From Antedon mediterranea (Eukaryota; Animalia; Echinodermata): DNA of 64,000 nt. Both the position numbers and the translations under genes were made by a program. The notes under the pieces were generated by a model. It had not been told where the DNA came from. It did no database searches and saw only the letters and a list, made by a program, of their open reading frames with translations. The stretch's first letter is position 1, and each line of letters starts with the position of its first letter. The stretch covers positions 39,172,388 to 39,236,387 of the forward strand of contig NC_092670.1 of NCBI RefSeq assembly GCF_964355755.1. Direction: 5' to 3'. Below, one piece after another: positions 1 to 12,189 of the stretch.

Positions 1-6
1 AAATAC

Positions 7-3000
7 CTTCAACTCAGCTCCTCCTAAACCTCTGTTGTTAAAAACGACTGCTCTGTAACCAAGGCTGGTAACAGAGTCTACCATTTGAAGGACATATCCT
101 GCTTCACTACAACCTAAACAAAAAAGATGAAATATCACAAGGTCAAAGGCCACCAAATGTTATGAAAATGTAAATAAACAAAGAAACTTCTACTTCCTAA
201 TAAGGTCACAGGGTGTATTCACCATTAACATACAAACATGGTAGTGAAGTCCAATCCACAATTACGATTCTCCAACTATCTATTCTTAAATTACTAAACA
301 AAAATATTTATTGATAAAAAATGTCAAGAAACAAGAAATTGAACTTTGTACCGGTCAATCCAGGAAGTATGATCACAGTTGGTCTCACTTGATTATTATA
401 CGTTTTACTGGCTTCTTCATTATCCTCCCAATGTAGGCTGATTTCTCCTCCATCTTTGGTTAAAATCTTTTCTCTGGAAGAAAAAAACAACTTTATTGAA
501 GTTACAAATGAATATTCATATTTATATAATTAACATTGTCAAAGATATCTTTATTAGTTCTGTAAAAAATGTATTGAAAAAAAACACAATATTTGATGAT
601 ACCGAGACCCAAAAAAAAAAAAAAGTTAAACCACACCACCAACCATTGCCTCACCAACTCCCTGCCACATAGCTTATTGGCCTGCTTCTCTTGCTAAACA
701 ATTTAAGCTCTGTCTACACTATCAAACTTTATGTGAAAAAAAAAAAATGTGATGTGCGCATACAGTATATGGACATGATGATGTCATATCACTACCATAT
801 TTGAACTTATCACTACCATATTTGAACATATCACTTCCATATTTGGGCACATCACACTTTTTTATGTCAAACTAGTTTGATAGTGTAGACAGAGCTGTAG
901 TTACCTTCTATATTTATGTTGTGGCGGCGATTGTATCAATGTTGGTACTACAGTTTGTAAGTGAGCTCCTACACACCAAAATGTAGGCCAATACATCGTC
1001 TTTAAACTGCGACAGTGGTTCAACAAAAACTTCTTTAACTTCGGACCACTATAAACGCCAGGTTTCTGTTGAGAACAAAACAAGTACATTTTTATTTTTA
1101 TAACTTTTTCATCTTTAATTTAAAATGTCTTTAATGAACAAAATCAGTATTGTTAAGTCGCCCCATCGCAAAGCATGGAACATATATCTTATCTTATCAG
1201 TCAGGCAAGCTAGACAAAGAAGTATGGTAGTAGAGTAGTACCATGGAGCTATAAAATTAATTTTATAGCTCCATGGTAGTACGGGATCCAGTCAAGTCGC
1301 CCCATCGCAAAGTCGCCCCATACAAAGTCGCCCAATACAAAGTCGCCCCATCGCAAAGTCGCCCCAAAACAAAGTCGCTCCGGCACAGTCGCCCCATCGC
1401 AAAGTCGCCCCATTACAAAGTCGCCCCATCGCAAAGTCACCCCATCGCAAAGTCGCCCTATCGCAAAGTCGCCCACGGTTTTATTTCGGTATGACTATGA
1501 AGCGCCGCCGCTATTACTAGTAGTACGCTGTTTTAATCATATCGGTTGCGTTTGATATCGATTGCGTTGTTACTTTGGTCGCGCTAAATGTCGTATAGGC
1601 CTAGGCCTACATTATAATGTTTATCCTATTATATACATAATTTGTATTTTTATTTTTATTTTACAGGTTTTAATGGAGTGATGTGCTTTTTAGAAATCAT
1701 TAAAAAAACAGTCCCTTGTTTGAAAGTTCTAAAAAGATTATCCCTGATTTATAGTTTCGAAAATGTTAATTTAATATGATTTTAAAATTAGTTACAAGAG
1801 CCACAATTACGAATCTTTCTTCAACCTACCAGGTCATTTTTTATGATAATATAATAAGTATATAAATGTGTAGTAGGCCTTCGTATAGATTTATAGTAGT
1901 TGTAAGACAATAGTGTTATAGGCTACTTATTGATCACTTTGCATTTATTGACAAGTTATGTGTCTGTTGTTATTTAATTTTATTATGACTTTTAAAAATG
2001 AAGAAATAAAAAAAAAGGATTTCATCGCCGATATGATCGTACGCTACATTTTGACCATGGAAAACCATCGTATCGTGTGCGTGTTTTTTAAAAAGGGGAA
2101 TCCCCGACGGGCAGCAGAAAGACGTCGTAGCAGCTGTGAGGAAACAGATACCAGAAGGCGCAGCTCCGATTGGCTTCAGAGAATGTTTCAGATTGCGAGT
2201 CGCTTTTTATTCAACAGCAGAATGATCATTTTACTGAAGAAATTCTTTTCAACCCTTTTGGTTATAGGACATTCTAATTATCTCATGCCTAATAAATATC
2301 CTCATATCGGGTGTTTATTTAATTTTAAATTAAACAAGACAGTGAAGATGCACGGAATAATACGTACACGGACGTACGACGAATACATACACACACGTCA
2401 TCATTTACGACATATAGTGGTGATATGATGCAATTTTATAATGGATATAATGATGGGATTGCCTTTCCAGGCTTATAATCAATGTTCATTGTAATACTAT
2501 TAGTAAACTGAATGTTTATAAATAAATTGTTTTACGTAATTTGTTGCATATAAAATAAAAGTTACAGACGTAGCCTACGTTCCCTATAAAATATTTCACA
2601 TTTAAATAATTATGTACTGTTAAATGACATTATGCTGAATAATACTATAATCTTAAACTATGTTTACAAATTGTCATTTTTGAAGGCACACATCTTTCTC
2701 ATCATAGACCTGTAAAATAAAAACAAAAATCAATTATTAATATAATATAGGCCTAATAATAATAAATATTTATCGACCAAAGTAAAAATAATCTAGATCG
2801 TATAACATCATTTTATCGCGACCAAAATTAAACGCGACCGATTTCGAACGCGACTGATATCGTAAAACTCCGGCGGGGTTTCCCCATCTTCAGATGGTGC
2901 GTTGTATGGTAGTGCGACAACGGCGGAGTAATTACGGGGGTTTCCCTCTGGTGGTGAGCTAGCACGTTAGTGCGACCGCGCGCGGAGTGATTAGTTGGGG

Positions 3001-3970
3001 GCTTCCTCTCATGATGATGGTGGATGATCGTGTGACCTGTGAGACTACATGGCGGGGCTTCCCCTTTTATGCCTACACGTTCCGTGTTATTTTGTGTATC
3101 ATTGCGACATTTTACGCACTTTTAAACTATTTTTTTAACGTTTTGGGGCGACTTTGCGATGGGGCGACTTTGCGATGGGGCGACTTTGCGTTGGGGCGAC
3201 TTTGCGATGGGGCGACTGTGTCGGGGCGACTTTGCGATGGGGCGACTTTGTATGGGGCGACTTTGCGATGGGGCGACTTGACTAGCATCCGGTAGTACTA
3301 TGCCTTGCTAGGCTCTTATTATTATGATCAGTTCTAATTCGGTCAAGTATTTTCTATTATATCATATATAAAGCTTAGTTATATATTATTATTACAGTTT
3401 AAGATCATAACCTACTTTCTTCTCTAGCCTGCTAGGTCAGGATCAATTACAGCATTATATGCCTTTGTTATCGTTTATTGTATAGTAGTACTAAGCATGG
3501 AGGTATTTATACTTCCATGTACTAAGTAGAGTAGGCTAGCCGGCCCTAGCTAGCTAGGCTAGTATCTATTAGTATTATAGTAGTAATGTACCATCAGTAT
3601 TGTTGTACTCAATAATACTTTCTCCCTACTACTAGCTAGCTAGGCCTTGTTATCCCATCAAGATAAAGCTTTGTCTAACTAGTCCTGGGGAGTCCATGGC
3701 TAAGATATTACTAATATTCTTTCTAGCTAGTTAGAGGGCCTAATGGATCCATCGCCCCATCGCGAATTCGCCGTTGTACAGTCCAGGACCAGTCCATGGC
3801 ATGCCTGGCTAGCCTACTAGCCTAGCCTACTACTAGCGCTTTATTACTCAAACTCAAAGGCAAAATAAAGCAGGGTACACATATTAAAGTATCACCTTAA
3901 CAATTTTAAGAATATAGTACACGAAGTAAGCAAATCCTGCAAATATAGATAAGGACCTTTCTTTCAACAT
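7..3970 (-). CDS. ABHD3: ABHD1/2/3-family alpha/beta hydrolase (ABHD3-like phospholipase), first four coding exons; gene continues beyond window start
   Basis: Phase-consistent GT-AG exons 3970-3896, 1065-905, 473-352 and 113-7 splice to MLKERSLSIFAGFAYFVYYILKIVK/KPGVYSG...YWPTFWCVGAHLQT...KYRR/EKILTKDGGEISLHW...PTVIILPGLTG/CSEAGYV...GYRAVVFNNRGLGG. This matches ABHD3 motifs (N-terminal TM anchor, DGGxIxLxW, PGLTG, VVFNNRG). Confidence 0.88.
707..896. mobile_element. MITE family A (~150-190 bp, TIR AGCTCTGTCTACACTATCAAAC), probably PIF/Harbinger-type
   Basis: Terminal inverted repeats agctctgtctacactatcaaac / gtttgatagtgtagacagagct with internal atatcactaccatatttg repeats. About 9 copies in the window, often flanked by TAA/TTA. 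Confidence 0.85.
1235..1282. mobile_element. 34-bp perfect palindrome with 7-bp direct repeats; putative P-element-like excision footprint
   Basis: gtagtac|catggagctataaaatt aattttatagctccatg|gtagtac. Confidence 0.55.
1283..3290. mobile_element. Non-autonomous foldback-type DNA transposon in ABHD3 intron 1
   Basis: Arrays of a ~16-bp unit aaagtcgccccatcgc at ~1293-1475 and inverted at ~3143-3283. Flanked by the 8-bp direct repeat ggtagtac (1275-1282 and 3291-3298). Degenerate inverted similarity continues inward (~1540-1695 vs ~2680-2860). Confidence 0.85.
3489..3526. mobile_element. 24-bp CATG-ended hairpin with 7-bp direct repeats; putative transposon footprint
   Basis: tactaag|catggaggtatttatacttccatg|tactaag. 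Confidence 0.5.
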
Positions 3971-4701
3971 TATTATAAGTTTAGCAGGTCTAAAAACGGG
4001 AAAAGTTGGCAGTGAAGTGAAGTGTGTGTGATATCCGTCGCTATGTTTTTTTCATTCATTAATTTCGCAATGCGCCCTCTACAGTCATTTGCTGCGACCG
4101 ACTGCGCAAATGCTGGAATTTAATTAAATGCGTGTATGTACTCGAATAAACTCGAGGGACCTTTTAAACCGACGGTACGATCAATCGATTCACGATTTTC
4201 CTTTAATGACGTTTATAAATTTGACTGTAGGCCTAAAAGAAGAAACAAAAGAAAGGTTTTGATAACAGGCTGGCATTTGTAGGCCTAATTTTAAACATTG
4301 GTCCGATCCAATGATTTGTCAGCTTAATAATATTAATAGAAAAATATTAAATGTCAAAACGTCAAATAATTATCCTTCCAATGGATAGAAAATGATGGAT
4401 TTGACAGGCAGCTTAATATGACAGATCAAGAACAGATTAGCAATAATACGACTTCGGAAACGCAGGTTTAACTATCTTAATTAACAAAATAGATATTTAG
4501 AGAATAGGCCTATCTTAATTGTTAAGTATGGTCTGGTCTTTAAGTAGCATTATTTTTATGGATTTAGATTCGATTCTAATAAGTCAACATTTTTTTTGAC
4601 TAAAATCAAACATCAAATATTTACAATAATTAAATAAATAAAACAACAACCAACTATCATTTTGGTTGGCAATATAGTTCCAAGAAGGGAAAGCGAGAAC
4701 T

Positions 4702-4923
4702 AAGATCTAGTCATCAGGTGCTACTGGACATTCCAAGGAGCAAACATAGTTGGGGAGATCGGACTTTCAGTGTTGCTGGACCTAGGCTCTGGAACCACCT
4801 ACCCTTGAACATTAAACACACATCATTATTGAGTCACTTTAAGTCACTACTCAAAACTCACCTTTTCTGATTTTTTACAGCGCCATGAGCAATGAATGTT
4901 GGAATGGCGCTATATAAATCGAA

Positions 4924-4958
<35 letters not shown>
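4702..4958 (+). mobile_element. 5'-truncated L2-clade LINE (ORF2 C-terminus, 3' stem-loop, microsatellite tail)
   Basis: Translates to RSSHQVLLDIPRSKHSWGDRTFSVAGPRLWNHLPLNIK...FKSLLKTHLF*, the typical L2/CR1-group ORF2 end. Followed by a gcgcc...ggcgc hairpin and (gatt)n. Confidence 0.85.
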
Positions 4959-5785
4959 GTTCCCCAACTTATTTTGTATTTAAGACAGGACCACAATGCA
5001 GGTTTTTCTTTACCTGATTGTGTAATCTGGATAAAGATGTTGTTAAATAAATATTTTTAAAATAGGTCCGTCCCTCTTCATAGACACATGAAAAAGGAAT
5101 AACAATGTTTGCTGGTTTTCCATGGAAAATTACAATGTGACGGAACTTGAATTTCCCCAACATATCAGGAGATGCGATCGCGCTTGACTAAACCTAGCAC
5201 GCCATCACCTCTATGTAAATCATGTAAACCAAAATAGTTGATAGCTTACCCAAAATACATTTGCATGTCGGCGGTTTTAATTTGTCAATTAAAAATTGTT
5301 CAAGCTGTGTACATTAAATACAATTTCATGAACAAACAAATTTAATCAATTAACTGAATTATCTGTGTTAATGTTCTAGTCATAAAAACACAGTGTTAAA
5401 TGGATACAAATTAACATGAATTTTGTTGGTAATGAATTGCGCAGTTATTCATCAATTATCAACCAGCGTGCGCACGTCTTTTTGATCGATCGTTTCTCAC
5501 CATGGTGCTGGAGGAGTGGCGTGCGTATTGTGACCGCGACAACCACTTTTAGTAATGTGAATTCAATTTAACTTCTATAGTTATGCATGCAAACTAGGCA
5601 CAATTGTCAAGTTGGTTTTTAACCGGAATCCGATGGTCAAATTTACCATCATGGGGGTCGTCTTAATTTCACAGTAGGCCATCTACATTTAATTTAGCTG
5701 CTCTTTATCAGCTTTTAAGAATTGGAATGCATTCCCCATAATAATAATAATTTTAAAAATGCAATATTCTACTGAAGATCAAGAT

Positions 5786-6120
5786 TAAAGATATATTGTC
5801 ACCTTGAAAAAATATTTTTTTTTTACATTTGTGTTGTTGAATATGCCATTTTAATGTTACATAATCCACTTTGAAAAAAAATTGAATCGAAAAAAAAAAT
5901 GTATTTACCTGAAAAAACTGTAATTTAAAGGAAGATGGTCAAATTGGTTGCCAGCAAATGGGTTTTGGTTGATTTGAACATTATTTTGTCATTTTATATG
6001 AGAAAAATATGTGTTTGTTTTTTAACGGAAGGGATTAACTTTATTAAAACTAAAAAAATATTCAAAAAAGTATGATTTAATTAATTTTCATTCCTGTTTT
6101 TGGAGGACAATATACATCTA
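5786..6120. mobile_element. MITE family K (~335 bp, TTAA-flanked, Kolobok-like)
   Basis: Ends ttaaagatatattgtc / ggacaatatacatct. The interior is shared with copies at ~10243, ~19284 and ~52014. Confidence 0.7.
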
Positions 6121-6329
6121 CATCATAGAACATTGTATATTTTTAAATATCTTGAAAGCGAATACATGTTAACGTGACTGTACCTCGTGTACCGGTTTTT
6201 ATATTTTAAGTGATAGGTCTATTGTTGCTTTTGTTTTGTTTTTCTTGTTTATTAAAAAAATATGTTTCTATTTAACTCGGATCCGCCTCGTTAAAACAGA
6301 ACAGTTGATCTTAAACATTTAATTTGTTA

Positions 6330-6390
6330 ACGCGCCTTGAGCACTTGAGTGGTATGTGCGCTATATACATCCATATTATTATAATTATTG
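6330..6390 (+). mobile_element. Short L2-type 3' tail remnant
   Basis: gcgccttgagcacttgagtggtatgtgcgctata followed by (att)n. A reverse-strand copy lies at ~56460-56512. Confidence 0.45.
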
Positions 6391-6694
6391 TAACTCTCTC
6401 CATTCAACTCATAAACATTTATTATTTTGTAGATTATCGTTATTCGTTTTCTTACAAATACAAAAAAGCTGACGACATTAATGCACCATCACATCGCGTA
6501 GGCTTAAACGTTCGCGACCGATCAATGTTGGCACACGTACGATGTGCGCTTCTTGTAAAGTTATAATTGATGCAAGCGCATGATATCTATAATCGTATTG
6601 CACGAAACATGCACAAAACAAGACATCTTTTCACAACTACCATTGTTTTTATAAACTCGTGCTTTTGTATATACTTTTTATGTCCAATATTCAA

Positions 6695-6826
6695 TTTTAT
6701 GCATAAATCTACCATTGTTTTCGTGCTTTTGTATATTCTTTAGAAATCTAATATTCAATTTTATGCATAAAATTACCATTGTTTTCGTGCTGTCGTATTC
6801 TTTTGCATCTAATATTCAATTTTATG
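6695..6826. repeat. Degenerate ~62-bp tandem repeat
   Basis: Recurring aatattcaattttatgcataaa..taccattgttttcgtgct. Confidence 0.6.
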
Positions 6827-8076
6827 TTATGTTTATTGATATTACTTATACATTCTTCTTTTTATTATTATTAATAACATAATGCATAAAAATAATCATT
6901 GTTGTATACAACTATTATACAAATAAAGGATGTTAGGCTAACAATACAATTATACTAATATTATGCAGAGCATAGTTAATCAACATGACTACGGTATGTC
7001 ATAATAGATTTCATTACAATCATTCCTGTTTTAATTGAATTATTCAGACTCATATAACATTGAAACACATCGCTGAAGTATCATTTCATTTAAAGTACCA
7101 TGTATTTCTTCTTTCAAATAAAACGTAAACCAATCATATTATATATTACTCAACGGTATAAGCAACTGGATTTACACTGGACAAAATAACAATTACATAT
7201 GATGGTTACGTATAAATGGATTACCTTATTGTGCTACATTTGATTACGCATATCTATAGCTTTTTATAATTCCAACAATCTTTTAACGAAGATCAATTGT
7301 GCCAGTTTTTGGAGTTCTTAATTATGAAATGAGTTACATCACATTTAAGAATTACGAATTGGAGTAGGGATAACCACGGAGAGATAATGTATCCGTGCTA
7401 TATAAGTGTAGTTTAGGCAAGAGGCTGAGCTTCGAAAATGTCAATGGCCACTTGATGTATAGGTTGATTGTTTAAAATCAATTCCAAGGTAGATCAAATC
7501 GACAATTTCAGTAGTAACACGTGACGTGAAAAAAAAACACTAATCAATATTACTTTATTTAATTGCTACTTTTTCTCAATGTCATGTTTGGTATAGTGTT
7601 TTGTTACTTGGCAAAATACATACAATTGCAAATCATATTTCCTAATTGTGAGTTTGTCTGTATGTTTGTTAATAAAACCGAAATGGTGACGTGAGAAGGA
7701 TGATTAAAATCTCGCGTATCTATATAGGCCTATTGTTCAATATGGGTCGAAATATAAAATAGAACACTTTCTGTATATCTAAATTTAAAAAAAATGTATT
7801 TCGCTCTATGTATTTGAAATGTTTGGTTATGCTCTGTTTTTATTGAGATTTTTTTTATTTTTAAATATATCTTTGGAAAAATTTATGAAATTCAGTCTTC
7901 GGTGACTGCAATTTGATTTCTTCAGTCGTCACTGTATACGATTCAACTTTTTATAAAGATAATAATAATAAAGAAAGGGTAAGTAATTTCATATTATTGA
8001 TAATTTGATAAGTTGTACAATGTACTTTCTGAAATTACAAATAAATGTCACATTCTGATTCTTTCTTAACTAAAAT

Positions 8077-8440
8077 TACTATTATTTTTTGTCATTATTA
8101 ATATTGGTAATTTACAGAAGCGAACCGAGTACCCGCAGTTTTATTGTATTGTGATTTCCTATACCGAATTAAACCATACAGCACTGTAGAGCGGGGAAAG
8201 TAATTGGTTCGTCTGTGCAAACGCTTGACTCTTTCTACTGCGAACGTCTTGCCGATGTGTTCCATGCTATATTGGAAGACACCAACCATCCTCTTCATAA
8301 CGACATTATCGGCTCCGTTATCGTTAGAAGTGGTTACTATTATTTTTTTTCATTATTAATATTGGTAATTTACAGAAGCGAACCGAGTACCCGCAGTTTT
8401 ATGGTATTGTGATTTCCTATACCGAATTAAACCATACAGC
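8077..8440 (+). mobile_element. LINE ORF2 3' fragment (Rex-Babar/Daphne-like) bracketed by ~105-bp direct repeats
   Basis: Peptide LDSFYCERLADVFHAILEDTNHPLHND..VRSG (ILxDxxHPL motif) lies between near-identical repeats at ~8077-8183 and ~8334-8440. Confidence 0.55.
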
Positions 8441-9108
8441 ATGATATACTATACTGTACTCTGAAAGTCCCGACACCTTTATGTAAATTAATCACGTCAC
8501 AACAAATGTTAAAAACAAGTGTTGTTTTCATGCAAGTCAAAGTTTTTTTGTTGTTGTTAAATGGGTTTTGCTGACAAGACATAAAATAATAATAATAAAA
8601 AAATAATTTTGTTTGCATTATGATTGATTCCATGAGCGAAAAGTTTGACATTTAGGGCAACGATCAAAACAGGAAATAGGTCATCTTTCATATACGTGTT
8701 TACTTATTTCAATAGATTACTTTTTTTAATGCGAATGTATAATTTGCATCATCATCTCCCAGTAAAGCCCAAGGCCGAGAGAATCTATTTTCTATAAGTG
8801 ATTGGTAATACGTAACGAACTATAGATGTTTGCCCATTCACATTCGGAATCAATTTCGAAAGCAATGATACAAAATCAATAGGCGTTTGTTTTGTATGAA
8901 GGCTGGTTGAATCGTTTTTTAATCTCTCAAAGAATGCAACTGTATTCTGCGAGAGACATCAATGCGATTGTAAATTGGTCTTGATTTGTTTGTTAAAAAA
9001 TATCAGTAAACAGACTCTCTTTTTAATTGGGTACCACTCACGCACGAGAAGAAATGTTCGTATTGTTGGTTTATTATTTTCCATAAATCGATTCATATAA
9101 TCAAGTTA

Positions 9109-9473
9109 AGGGTCTTTCACACCTGTTCCGGCACGGTTCCGGTCAGGCGCCGGAAAATCCAATCGAACGTGAATGTTTCTTTTTTTACGCGGTTATGCGC
9201 ATATCGATTGGCGCATAGCCGCGTGAAAACGAAACATTGATGTTTGATTCGCCGGACCGGAACCGTGCCGGAACAGGTGTGAAAGACCCTTCACACCTGT
9301 TCCGGCACGGTTCCGGTCAGGCGCCGGAAAATCCAATCGAACGTGAATGTTTCGTTTTCACGCGGTTATGCGCATATCGATTGGCGCATAGCCGCGTGGA
9401 GCGTCGTGAAAACGAAACATTGATGTTCGATTCGCCGGACCGAAACCGTGCCGGAACAGGTGTGAAAGACCCT
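9109..9473. mobile_element. Tandem dimer of a palindromic MITE (TIR AGGGTCTTTCACACCTGTTCCGGCACGGTTCCGGTC)
   Basis: Two near-identical ~180-bp units, each with ~35-bp inverted ends. Outer flanks are TTA/TTA. Confidence 0.8.
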
Positions 9474-10242
9474 TTAGTTGTATGTCCGCATGCGGTGGTC
9501 GGTCTTACCGGAACGATGTTCCACATTTGAAGACGTAATACATAATATAGTGCGCCAGCAGTAACGTTTAGGCTCTTCCAATCTCATTGTTAGTCCAATC
9601 TACAACTCTCTGGCCTGAGCGTGCCCGGTGTTGTTACAGTAGTAATACCAGGGAAGAGTAAAATGTCAATAATAACAAGATAAGAACTTTTACCTCTGAA
9701 AATAACTAGGCCTAATACATTTTAATTAATACACCGAGTGTATTAGATCAACAACGTTGGCGTTCGTTTAAAAATAAATTGTAGAAAACAAGGGCCTATT
9801 GTTCTAATTAGTTTGTGTGTGTAATTATTTTGAATAATTTTATTTTTCTGCAATCATTTTTGTTTTGTTTTTACTCTCGTGTAAATAGTAATTGCAACAA
9901 CTGAGTTGTTTACTCACAGTAGCGCGGTAGCATGGTTATTAATATTAGGCCTAAAAATAATTAGGATTAGTATTTTTACAGTACCCAATATCTAGACCTA
10001 TTAATAGAGTGATCTCTCAAAGGAAAATCTATCCAATTGTATGTCACTGTTTTTACTGTCGGGTAAATGGTAATTGCAACAACTGAGTTGTTTACTCGCG
10101 GTAGCATGGTTATTAGGCATAACAATAATTAGGATTCGTATTTACAGTAGAATATTCTCGGGACCAATATATTTAGACCTATATTTAATAGCCGTAAAAT
10201 ATGTCCCCTTCTCCAAGCGAAGAAAGACAGTTTTTTCTTATA

Positions 10243-10556
10243 TTAATGATGTATTGTGCCCCAAAAAAAAAAAAAAAAAATGAGGATTAATTAAATCAGA
10301 ATTTGAATAGGTTATTCTGTAGTCTTAATAAAGTTAATTACTTTCGTAGAAAAAAAAATGTTTTCAACCCAAAAACCCATTGGCTGGCAGCTAATTTGAC
10401 TATTTTTGTTTTACAGTTTTTTCGGTAAATAATTTTTTGTCGATCCAATTTTTGGTCAAAGTGAATAACTATTAGGCCTATGTGTAATTAAAATTGCATA
10501 TTAAAAAAAATATATAAAAATGTTTTTTTTTTCAAGGGGGACAATACATTTTTAAT
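10243..10556. mobile_element. MITE family K copy (reverse orientation)
   Basis: ttaatgatgtattgtgcccc ... ggggacaatacatttttaa. Confidence 0.7.
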
Positions 10557-11689
10557 CTGCACATGCCTATAATCTCAGATACAATTAAATCGACTAAAAT
10601 CTTAAAGGAGAGGTTATAATGCCTTAATATTATGATCCTACGCGATGCATTTTCCCAGTTTCTAAATGATGATGAAACATAACGTAATTACTTCACATAT
10701 TACTCTGGCGGTACCATACATTTGGCTTATGTTTCGTCATTTCTACAATTTTTCCATTAGTAAAATTGCATTTACCGTTACAGGCTTTCATGACACGTTA
10801 ATAATGAACTAACAACGTGCGTATATACTTTCTTAAAACGGAGAGAACTAATAAACAGAAAAACGTAAGCTCTACAGGTCAATTAGTTTAATAAACGGCT
10901 ATTTTAATTAATATTCAAAATTAACGAATACATCTCAATATCCACTGATAATTGTTCGAATTTTCAGCTTAATTAACAATGCCGTATCTACAGGTAATGC
11001 GAGAATATAAGTTGATTGATTCCATTATTGCAGGTCAAAATATGGAGCTGCTAAACAATGGATATTAAAAACAGGAGTGAAATATTTTAATTCATAATTT
11101 ACTTTATGGATTGTTTACATCGATTTCTGTAACAGTACCTGAAACTTGATACTTATTTCGTTTCCGAGTATATTACAAGTATTACTACTTGTTTTTTGTG
11201 CTTTTATGCAACAAGTTTGTTTGCCCGATAACGTCCACAATTTTCAAGATACCGTCCTGATTTTGTGTTTACGTAACGTAATCATGCCTATTGATTTTCA
11301 GTCGATATATCGGTGACGTCAGAAAGGTAATTGAAATTTCGATTATCTTTAAAAAATGGGCCGAAATATTTAAAAGAGCGCCTCTGTATTTGCCAAGTAT
11401 ATTTCGCCGTTTCCGAACCTTTTTTTTTTTGTGTATTCACTTTGATATTTCAAATATAAAGTAGAGTGGATAAGAAGTGTGAAACAGCGATGACCAAGCG
11501 TTGTCGCTTAGCATAAAATAATGAGCTACAGCTATGTTTAAAAGTAGATATACAAATACAAAATAAGAATGACAATTTAAAAAAGTAGAAAATACAACCG
11601 GTTTGGTGAATGCGATATAAAGACATTGTAAAAACAAATGAATAGGTTAAACCGTATTCTTATATGAAATAAGTAAAGGTAGAGTAGTT

Positions 11690-12000
11690 GAATTGAATTG
11701 AAATTTATATTTATACTGGGTAACCTCTTCAGTCAAAGACTGGTCTCCCAGAGGGCCCAGTTGGTGATCAGTGGCTGTGATGTACTAATACACCGGGGTA
11801 ACCCCCTACTCGTCTCGAAAGATGTACTAGGTTCTTTAAAGTGCACACGAGCTAGATGTGTACACTGGACCTACGGTTTATAGTCCTTATCCGAGAAGAC
11901 TCGTTCTACCACCAGAACCATGGAGTGAGTGAGCCTCGAACCCCTGCCGATGTTATGGCTACGTAATTACGGTTCCACTGTCTTAACCGCTCGGCCACGA
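11690..12000 (-). mobile_element. Full-length tRNA-derived Deu-domain SINE (tail type 1)
   Basis: Minus strand carries A-box tggccgagcgg, B-box ggttcga, the Deu/Nin core gtcttctcggataaggactataaaccgtaggtcc...ttaaagaacc...gagtagggggttaccccggtg, and a (ttcaa)n tail. Confidence 0.85.
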
Positions 12001-12054
12001 GGATGGGTGGATTACACGAGAAGAGAACACGAAAGAGTGATAAATTAGACTAAA

Positions 12055-12189
12055 TCTCTGTCTACACGATCAAATATGATGTGCCCATACATGCACAAGA
12101 AAATGTCATATAACTATCGTATTTAAGTATATCTCTTTCATATTTGGGTACATCACACTTTTTGTGTTTGATAGTGTAGACAGAGATTT
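12055..12189. mobile_element. MITE family A copy
   Basis: atctctgtctacacgatcaaa ... tttgatagtgtagacagagat. Confidence 0.75.

Noticed and set aside
1249-1494. Repetitive ORFs (GRLCDGATLRWGDF / KSPHRKVAP) on both strands, also at 2987-3295
   Set aside because: They are translations of the foldback element's tandem arrays, not proteins.
1958-2428. 156-aa ORF inside the foldback element as a possible transposase
   Set aside because: No DDE, THAP, FLYWCH or other transposase motif was recognisable by eye.
9237-9530. ORFs with an internal repeated peptide (FDSPDRNRAGTGVKDP)
   Set aside because: They arise from the tandem palindromic MITE dimer.
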